Below are positions 11,901 to 16,972 of a stretch of 64,000 bases of DNA, piece by piece (position 1 is the stretch's first letter; each line of letters starts with the position of its first letter). The stretch covers positions 56,144-120,143 of the forward strand of contig JAXLTM010000002.1 in the NCBI GenBank assembly GCA_046330055.1, given 5' to 3'. The translations under genes were made by a program, and so were the position numbers. This DNA comes from Bacteroidia bacterium (GTDB lineage: Bacteria; Bacteroidota; Bacteroidia; AKYH767-A; 2013-40CM-41-45). The notes beneath the pieces were generated by a model, which was not told the origin of the DNA, made no database searches, and was given only the letters and a program-made list of their open reading frames with translations.

Positions 11901-11929
11901 CTCTTAAAGACGGGAAAAGAATTAAATAA
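5918..11929 (+). CDS. giant envelope protein: signal peptide, TPR-like region, PD40 (TolB-like beta-propeller) repeats, CarboxypepD_reg-like domain, about 900 aa of low-complexity S/T/N/E/Q-rich linker with coiled-coil segments, and three C-terminal SPOR (peptidoglycan-binding) domains
   Basis: A single uninterrupted 2003-codon frame with a GTG start. PD40 repeats: GGKDIYIIRKQPNGQWSTPENLGAPVNT...DGKTLYFSA...GGYDVF. SPOR motifs near the C-terminus: VFKVQIGAF...GFKDAFVVAY, YAVQVGVY...GVKDAFIVVY and YRVQLGAF...GITDAFVV. Confidence 0.8.
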   Translation: MKSAFTGKFLRIIVFLILLSSSVSAQTPASSESDLKKQADRYFNDEDYDDALIPYSQLLSLYPQNNVYNYRYGVCLIIAGKEKTNAVLFLQKASADATMPEDVWYYLAKAYLIVGKFSDAESALTTFNSKASPSKQKKLDSATLLANCRVAVETQKNRKNVVFLENKIVARNDFSHSFDWSLANGRYIPAAEQFLSGADKDNLQDASMFITNDKQTIYISSYGKNSLGGKDIYIIRKQPNGQWSTPENLGAPVNTAADEDFPYLDRDGKTLYFSAKNENSIGGYDVFTSVIDFNTGKWSSPENMGWPINTIGDDYLFVPVSKGKEAFYATTVEAGKKEISIRKIQLPDAVSDLVTINGLYFPLDQRVRRDARISILRGDGKGLITTVYTDPQNGHYEVDLEPGKDYMIVVEGGGYVPHAESFSVPSGLNNPDLRQVVKLNRSKDNESMTLENYFYPVDLASTQTPSQTISADYTPTDSSSTMVVNINNSEVRVTKPGTGRKETTLAENSESNDSTNENAKDNFDPTLEKNMSPDDVRQKEEESKRKAELVEDEKSPKYDITISNEELATIAENDAKVARAEADSLKKEVERLSSAASERESLADSYTAKALKADEGDKMVYQNKAYELKTEAEDLRRQSADMQLAASAKEAEAASSEQDAIALKSSVESSSLASNTKKGKGGKSATGSKSGKPSTRFGETGNTESTPASVQQSTEPVVSENTNTRNVTAGVETTGGENATTPSAKNSNSDQSNSSATAEQTEPATTVGVESVKGTETKNVSGTGKENDALASSPTNEKNVNSGVSAENPATTTSENKSPSTSSNGNNADVAGKKQKTENADNSLAVNTPSGEKTHSENIQVRTNENQSEVAAPGNTQEGKVTSGNSTKGNDQSNQGELPSTISNSSEKSNTQSATAEQSATLTDDRKSANDASRTETNYNNEVPAGTTESNTPNSGTGKAESTPSTQAAGENNTAGKPNSTGLGVTIQSGPESTSGNAPLASDSRNSDQQKNQEINTPTTGKETSSEQVNGETASAPAPSTKPSGNVQSGLENPAAQASSTQPAKSQSDQSNKSSEKFANGNKPSTTSGKPSGESNLSGSKPNQNSVNESQVSNSDMATSTPQNQNANDVKTASGSDKSTTRNTELALNTATEKNQADNAADNTAVSTSDSASAENYQSTAELKKYDLPPLNEEQKPLPADINSRSMLPVKEEARLAFQEYKRKLSNSKKLANQAIELENRISVMKASPERDSLIYVANDLNSQSSDVYRQSMEQLEAAKQIDPEVAEKMEQNEQIIAYNSSVSQNQNGKNAVRNSVPENSKEGSGEVATDATNPSAGAANATQPAEKDETMAMNAAPVKSAPEEAAPVVIAPPLSEAEAKEVEEMTNFAVETPNGTEQIKISTEGLDTRNPEFKNYVELNKKITNKQVETINVFAEAVNLNKKAVEEKQEQGRLMDSAEMEQDIQKKAKIFVQADSMKALAEADAKLSEEKFRIAQSKTGDVKSVTAQMEEVKSRITLPGAKTAARSTASVVRPQEKTKVDETYADAVNSKPEELPQVNSVPAEGSNVRTTTNIANLGQSTSTEENNVASTQQNQVTENDITSVTGSNGPVKGSVTVTVTEEEKQTFATQSFSIADKPVYSDANPIPMNPELPEGLVFKVQIGAFHKPIPSESFKGVQPISGETTRPGWVRYCVGLFKTFEPAGVVKKEMQSRGFKDAFVVAYYNGKRIELSQAYAMLAKDGKGLDNAYVSTSRKEMALLRANNIRPENNAEVRRGTIGEDEKAFYGDNASREMKSVAAVEYAVQVGVYRSETAPVAIRPLMPLFTEKIKNNLYRFTTDHFIDYATADSMKRVARAKGVKDAFIVVYRNGAMSNLASVPVSERRKTTANSVSVLTNANSSSALDQSSNDVAVSTAPSASREGLVYRVQLGAFRNNIPFSSVVAFLQVADKGITQQTDDRGLHIFYAGEFTDYESAVALRAEIVAKGITDAFVVTLKDGKRIK

Positions 11930-11972
11930 GAGGTAAGGAGTAGTTTAATAATTCAGAATCCAGAATTCAGAA

Positions 11973-12263
11973 TTAATCAATTACTGCCGACAATCCCCGA
12001 TCGCACAATGCATCTTTCATCGGGCGGAGTTTTAAATAGGAATCAGATTTTACAACGCATTTACCATTGTAGTGAACGATGTAAGTACATTGTTCAGCCT
12101 GGAGTTGATCGTGTTTGCAGATTTCGATCAATGCTTCGATAACAAAGTCAAAGGTGTTTACGTCGTCATTATAGAGTACCAGATCACGCACACGTGCTTC
12201 CTGGACTTTATCTAATACGATTTCTTCCGCTTCCGGATTATTTGAATTCATGAAAGTTTTCAT
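11973..12263 (-). CDS. clpS: ATP-dependent Clp protease adaptor ClpS
   Basis: VLYNDDVNTFDFVIEALIEICKH...QAEQCTYIVHYNGKCVV is the canonical ClpS core, and the 96-aa size fits. Confidence 0.9.
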   Translation of the reverse strand: MKTFMNSNNPEAEEIVLDKVQEARVRDLVLYNDDVNTFDFVIEALIEICKHDQLQAEQCTYIVHYNGKCVVKSDSYLKLRPMKDALCDRGLSAVID

Positions 12264-12320
12264 GTGTTCGATTCCTTCTCTTATCCACCGTAAATATAGG
12301 GAATTCCATTCAACCGTAAA

Positions 12321-12352
12321 AATTAGCTAATTAGCTAATTAGCTGATTAGCT
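12321..12352. repeat. 4x tandem 8-mer AATTAGCT in the clpS / M48-peptidase divergent promoter region
   Basis: aattagct aattagct aattagct gattagct read directly from the sequence. Each unit contains the palindrome AGCTAATTAGCT. Confidence 0.7.
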
Positions 12353-12395
12353 GTTTTTGGAGGCAAATTCGTACTTTTGTACCACACACCTCCCT

Positions 12396-13193
12396 ATGAA
12401 AAATACACTTCTGAAAATGTTTGCAATGACACTGGTACTGGTGTCGTGCAGTAAGGTTCCGATTACCAACCGGAATCAGATGAACTTGCTTCCTGAAAGC
12501 GAGATGGTCTCTATGGCCCTGACCAGTTATCAGGATTTTCTGAAAACCAATCCGCCGGTGCTGAACACAAAAGAGTCGGCAATGGTTAAATCAATTGGTT
12601 CAAAGATTCAGAACGCCGTCGGGACATTCCTGAATCAGAATAAAATGGGCGACCGTGTTGCCGGGTACAATTGGGAATTCAACTTGGTCAATTCAAAAGA
12701 AGTGAATGCCTGGTGTATGCCCGGGGGAAAAGTTGTTGTTTATAGCGGCATCCTTCCCGTTACACAGGATGAAACCAGTCTGGCCATTGTAATGGGTCAT
12801 GAAATCGCACACGCCGTTGCCCGTCACGGTAATGAGCGAATGAGTCAGGGATTGATTCAGCAATTAGGAGGTATGGCGCTCGATGTTGCACTTCGTGAGA
12901 AATCTGAAATGACTCGTAATATTTTCCTCACTTCATATGGTGTAGGTTCAACGCTTGGAATGCTGGCGTATTCACGTACCCAGGAAACTGAAGCGGACAA
13001 GCTCGGATTGATTTTCGCTGCCATGGCTGGCTACGACCCGAATCAGGCCATCACTTTCTGGCAACGTATGGCTGCTCAGGGCGGTACAAAACCACCTGAA
13101 TTTCTCAGCACGCATCCAAGCGATGCAACACGTATTAAAACCCTGAAAGACTTCATGCCAGAAGCCATGAAGTATTACAAGAAGAAGAAATAA
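12396..13193 (+). CDS. M48-family zinc metallopeptidase lipoprotein
   Basis: HEIAHAVARHG (HExxH motif) with a downstream ETEADKLG. Start placed at MKNTLLKMFAMTLVLVSCS (signal peptide plus lipobox) rather than the ORF-track start at 12357. Confidence 0.8.
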   Translation: MKNTLLKMFAMTLVLVSCSKVPITNRNQMNLLPESEMVSMALTSYQDFLKTNPPVLNTKESAMVKSIGSKIQNAVGTFLNQNKMGDRVAGYNWEFNLVNSKEVNAWCMPGGKVVVYSGILPVTQDETSLAIVMGHEIAHAVARHGNERMSQGLIQQLGGMALDVALREKSEMTRNIFLTSYGVGSTLGMLAYSRTQETEADKLGLIFAAMAGYDPNQAITFWQRMAAQGGTKPPEFLSTHPSDATRIKTLKDFMPEAMKYYKKKK

Positions 13194-13281
13194 TTTCTTT
13201 GCAGGAATCATTTTTCGTGTATCTTTGCGCGCTCAAAAAATAACCGGAAACGCAATTTTTAGCCATTTCGGTGACCTTTTT

Positions 13282-13355
13282 GGACCCATAGCTTAACTGG
13301 ATAGAGCATCTGACTACGGATCAGAAGGTTAGGGGTTCGACTCCCTTTGGGTCCA
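13282..13355 (+). tRNA. tRNA-Arg (anticodon ACG)
   Basis: Cloverleaf folded by hand: acceptor stem GGACCCA/TGGGTCC, D arm GCTT..AGAGC, anticodon stem TCTGA/TCAGA with loop CTACGGA (anticodon ACG), T arm AGGGG TTCGACT CCCTT. No CCA is encoded. Confidence 0.85.
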
Positions 13356-13362
13356 CTTATCA

Positions 13363-13401
13363 ATCGCCTGCAAGTCATGGATTTGCAGGCGATTTTTTTT
13401 A
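13363..13401 (+). terminator. rho-independent terminator after tRNA-Arg
   Basis: Stem atcgcctgcaa...ttgcaggcgat followed by a run of eight T. Confidence 0.75.
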
Positions 13402-13572
13402 TTGTGATCCGGCAAAATCTTTCAAACCGGGAGAATACTATGAAAGTAATTTCCAGAAAGCGGTTTTTTGTTATCCCTTTCGCAGACCGGTCAAATGTTG
13501 TTGATTTTTCATAATATTGAAATGCATAAAGGACACACCCTTATTGTGTCTGTCCCTTTTTAATTTTTAAAC

Positions 13573-14244
13573 ATGAAAAATGTAAGGCTTTTTTCTATTT
13601 GGAAAATTACTCTTTGCATTTGTTTTTCCCAATTACTCAACTCAAATTTTTCATCTGCAAAAGCACTTAACTGTCGTTTTTTTGCAGGCCCTGAACTTGG
13701 AATTGAATGGGTAAATACGAGTAAGAATCACTTGAATGAAGTTCTTAATATTCACTCCGGGATATTTTTTTCAAAGGGTTTATCATTCGGACTAACCACT
13801 AAGGTTTTCAATTTTAACCTTGGAATTATTCGTTCGTATGAAGAAGTTTATGGTTATAATGAAAATGGCTATAAATACTGGACTGAATACTTTGGATGGT
13901 TGAAACTTGATATTATTCGCGTACCGGTTAGCATTGATCTGCGAATGACAGAGAAAGATGCAATCTATGTATTTTTTCATTCAGGAATTAATTTTGATTA
14001 TACTCAAACTGTCAGTTTTAAAAAAAATTCTTTCAAGCTGGAAGAGAATAAATACGATAAAATCAGTTCTTACCGAGCAAATTTTGATTTCGGAATGGGA
14101 TTCAACTTTGCTTTGTATCGTCAACTGAGAATGAATTTCCTCCTTAGCTACTATCTTTTTCCTTTTACTCAAAAAACTTACTTTGGTGAAGATGTTCAAA
14201 TGGATAAGTTTGTTACTAAGGTTGGAGTTTTTTGGGTGTTTTAA
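13573..14244 (+). CDS. hypothetical secreted protein, possibly a small outer-membrane beta-barrel
   Basis: Signal-peptide-like N-terminus, alternating aromatic/hydrophobic pattern and a C-terminal ...GVFWVF ending in Phe. The region is AT-rich and no family is recognised. Confidence 0.45.
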   Translation: MKNVRLFSIWKITLCICFSQLLNSNFSSAKALNCRFFAGPELGIEWVNTSKNHLNEVLNIHSGIFFSKGLSFGLTTKVFNFNLGIIRSYEEVYGYNENGYKYWTEYFGWLKLDIIRVPVSIDLRMTEKDAIYVFFHSGINFDYTQTVSFKKNSFKLEENKYDKISSYRANFDFGMGFNFALYRQLRMNFLLSYYLFPFTQKTYFGEDVQMDKFVTKVGVFWVF

Positions 14245-14379
14245 CTGTAGCCCGGCAAACTTCTTCATGACAAATTTCAACTGTCGGAAAATTACTCCCA
14301 AACAGCATTGAATCAGAATTTAGATTGCTTGATATTTGTTGAGGATTAATCCATTACTTTCCTCTCGTGACTAACCAAG

Positions 14380-14754
14380 CTAAGCAATAAATGTAAGAAC
14401 TGAAGATATTGAAATTCCTCCGGCACCTTTGAATCGAAACACATCACAAAATAAATGTTTTAAATTATCTTTCCCTTTGAAGTGTCCGCTCACTGCAGCT
14501 TCACGGCCGTGAGTGATAATGGTTTCGATAGTCAGTTCTTTTGCTTTGATTAACTTGTGTTTAGAGAATGCCTTCAAAACTTCCTTTTTTCCTGTAACCG
14601 CATCCTGACCTGCGATCTGCCAACAAATGTTCTCGGGGAAATAATCATCCAGCAGTGCGGTATCTCCGATGAATAACGAGGAATAGAACTCCTTCAGGAA
14701 AATCTTCCTTGGAGCATTTCCACAATCGGCCTGGATGGTAATTTTACTCATTAA
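14380..14754 (-). CDS. hypothetical protein, NTF2/SnoaL-like fold suspected
   Basis: 124 aa from the first ATG (MSKITIQADCGN...). The ORF-track start at 14772 is a TTG. Function is not established. Confidence 0.4.
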   Translation of the reverse strand, partial: LMSKITIQADCGNAPRKIFLKEFYSSLFIGDTALLDDYFPENICWQIAGQDAVTGKKEVLKAFSKHKLIKAKELTIETIITHGREAAVSGHFKGKDNLKHLFCDVFRFKGAGGISISSVLTFIA

Positions 14755-14772
14755 AGTTTTCGTCAAATTCAA

Positions 14773-14945
14773 TTATCCATTCAATTCCTATTTGTCTCGA
14801 AACATACCGAAGTAAGTACCCCTCGGACTATTGTCTATTGGCATTTCAATTTGTCCGCCTGGTGACAACCCGCTAAAAATTTTGGCTGCTCCGTCTTTAC
14901 TATGAGCTCTGACATCAAAGTAGTTCCCTGTACTTTCAAATCGAA
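14773..14945 (-). pseudogene. C-terminal remnant of a VOC/PhnB-like paralog (about 60 codons, with a frameshift)
   Basis: Reverse translation gives ...FDVRAHSKDGAAKIFSGLSPGGQIEMPIDNSPRGTYFGMFRDK, then a 1-nt deletion relative to the intact paralog (21046..21474: ...IFSGLSAGGQIEMPIDNSPWGTYFGMFRDKYGIEWMVEFD), after which GIEWIIEFD reads in another frame. The N-terminal part is absent and an in-frame stop sits at the 5' side. Confidence 0.7.
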
Positions 14946-14990
14946 ATATCTCCTCTGACTTCACCAAATCCTACACCAATCATTACCACG

Positions 14991-15027
14991 TACTACTTAC
15001 TACTTACTACTTACTAATTACTACTTA
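14991..15027. repeat. heptamer array TACTTAC/TAATTAC (about 5 units), single arm
   Basis: tac tacttac tacttac tacttac taattac tacttac ta lies immediately 3' of the VOC gene stop. It belongs to the same repeat family as 45344-45428 and 63519-63631. Confidence 0.75.
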
Positions 15028-15454
15028 CTATCTAGCCTTTGGAACATTAAACATCCACCGAATTCCAAACCTGTCAAGACAAACACCCCAGTAGCCCCAG
15101 AACTCATCGTGTGGTGCAACACAATCTGTTCCGCCTTGCGAGAGTGCATTGTAAATTCTGTCAGCTTCTTCTTTCGTGTCCGGCTCCAGACTAATGGTTG
15201 TATTGTTGCCAATCACTAATTTATGACCCATACTCTCCAGCATATCCGTTCCCATAATATTTGTGCCACCAAAAAGCGGTAGCGATACATGCATGACCAT
15301 CTTTTTTTCAGCATCCGAAAGTTTGGGCATTCCCGGTTGTTCAGGCATGTCGCCCATACGCATAATAGGAGCGGCAAATTCAGTTTTGAAAACAGATTTG
15401 TAGAGGTTAAATGCTTCTTCAGCATTTCCATTGAAATTTAAGTAAATATTTGTT
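15028..15454 (-). CDS. VOC-family protein (PhnB-like / glyoxalase-bleomycin resistance fold)
   Basis: MAKTNIYLNFNGNAEEAFNLYKSVF is the PhnB-type N-terminus, and the protein is 142 aa from the first ATG. The ORF-track start at 15492 is a TTG. It is paralogous to 21046..21474. Confidence 0.75.
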
Positions 15455-15690
15455 TTAGCCATTGGATTTTTGTTGTTGTATGTGAGGAACAAACTTATTT
15501 AAAAAATGCTGCTGTGTCAAAATTAATCTTCACATAACGCGAATGATTTTTTTCGGATTTAGAATTGCAAGGAATAAAAGTAGTAACAATTATCACGATA
15601 GTAAATTTAATTTTTCATTTTGAATAGGTTCGTGTTACATATTAGTTGCTATCTTTGTAGAGAAGGCACTACAGGAATACAAATTGGAAC

Positions 15691-15800
15691 CTTACAATTT
15701 GTTCTTTTTATACCCTTCTGAAATCATTTTTTGAGTATATTTTTTATTCCTCACTCTCAAAATAAACCGGTAAAGAAAATCAGATTAGGTATAACTCAAA
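15691..15800 (+). repeat. copy A of a roughly 110-bp duplicated intergenic element (partner at 20891-21000, about 80-85% identity)
   Basis: Shared core atacccttctgaaatcatttttNgaNtNtattttttattcctcactcNcaaaat...aaaatcagatta..ggtataa, aligned by eye. Confidence 0.7.
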
Positions 15801-15808
15801 TTGAGTAA

Positions 15809-16972
15809 GAAAAGGAATACGGAAAATGTCTCCGTTATATCGAAAGATACTGGAAGAAGATCATTTGTGATTACCCTCATGATAAGTTTATACAGTTGGG
15901 ATTGCCGAATAAGTTTGTGTGTCCGAATGATGGAATTTTCTATAACGACCAATTCTATTGGGATAGTTATTTTATCATTATCGGTCTGGTAAAATGCGGA
16001 AGAACCGAACTGGCAAAAGGAATGGTGGACAATTTTTTGTTTATGCAGAAGCGGTACAACATCATACCAATGAGGAACAGATTTTATAATCTGGGAAGCT
16101 CGCAGATTCCATTTTTAACTTCAATGGCGGAAGAAGTATATAGTGTCACGGAGGACCTTCGTTGGTTCAAAACAGTGATGCACCGCTGAAGTAGAATTGA
16201 AAACCTATTGATGAATAAATCCCTTACTGAAATTCATATTGTCTATAAGGGCTTATCCAGGTATTGTGATCATTATATCACACACCTTGCTGCCGAGCAT
16301 GAATCCGGTTGGGATATGACATCGCGTTTTAAAAGTCATTGTCTGGATTATCTGCCCGTTGATCTGAATTGTACTTTGTATAAATATGAAAATGATCTGG
16401 CAGAATTCTATAAGAACACGCGAAATCCAAAGAAGTATAATGAATATCTTCTGCAATCAGAAAAGAGACGAAGAACAATAAATAAGTTGATGTGGAATTT
16501 TCAAAAGGGATTTTACTTCTGACTATGATTACAAACATGAAAAGCAAAGTACATTTTATTCGATTGCGGGATTCTATCCTTTATGGGCTAAACTTGCTAC
16601 GCATACTCAGGCAAAAAAGGTGGTGGAGAATTTAAAGCATTTTGAACATGCCGGAGGACTGGCCAATACTCAGGCCACCGGACTTGCAAAAGAATTTAAA
16701 CAACATGATTATCCAAACGGCTGGCCGCATCAGCAATGGATTGTAATAAAAGGATTGTTGAACTATGGATTTAACAGTGACGCCAAAACGTTTGCAAAAA
16801 AATCTTTGATATAAATGCTTCTAAATCAAACAGGGAAGCTTTGGGAAAAGTACAATGTCGTAAAAAGTGATGTAGGCAAATCAGAACGATACCCGACTCA
16901 ATCCGGCTTTGGCTGGACCAATAGTGTTTTTATCCGCCTGATGGATAGATTCGGAGACGATATTTTTAATTA
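15809..16972 (+). pseudogene. treA: GH37 trehalase remnant, 5'-truncated and broken by several frameshifts and stops
   Basis: Pieces in three frames carry trehalase signature 1 (PNDGIFYNDQFYWDSYFIIIGL), the mid-region AAEHESGWDMTSRF, signature 2 (QHDYPNGWPHQQW) and a C-terminal GFGWTNSVF. The frame opens just after a stop at 15806-15808, inside or next to the repeat element. About 120-150 N-terminal codons including the signal peptide are missing. Confidence 0.75.

Noticed and set aside
12357-12395. Upstream extension of the M48 peptidase ORF (MEANSYFCTTHLP...)
   Set aside because: The signal peptide and lipobox begin at the internal Met (12396). The extension overlaps the AATTAGCT repeat and promoter region.
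15801-16814. ORFs 15801..15992, 15896..16189, 16208..16522 and 16620..16814 as separate small genes
   Set aside because: They are collinear pieces of one GH37 trehalase pseudogene.
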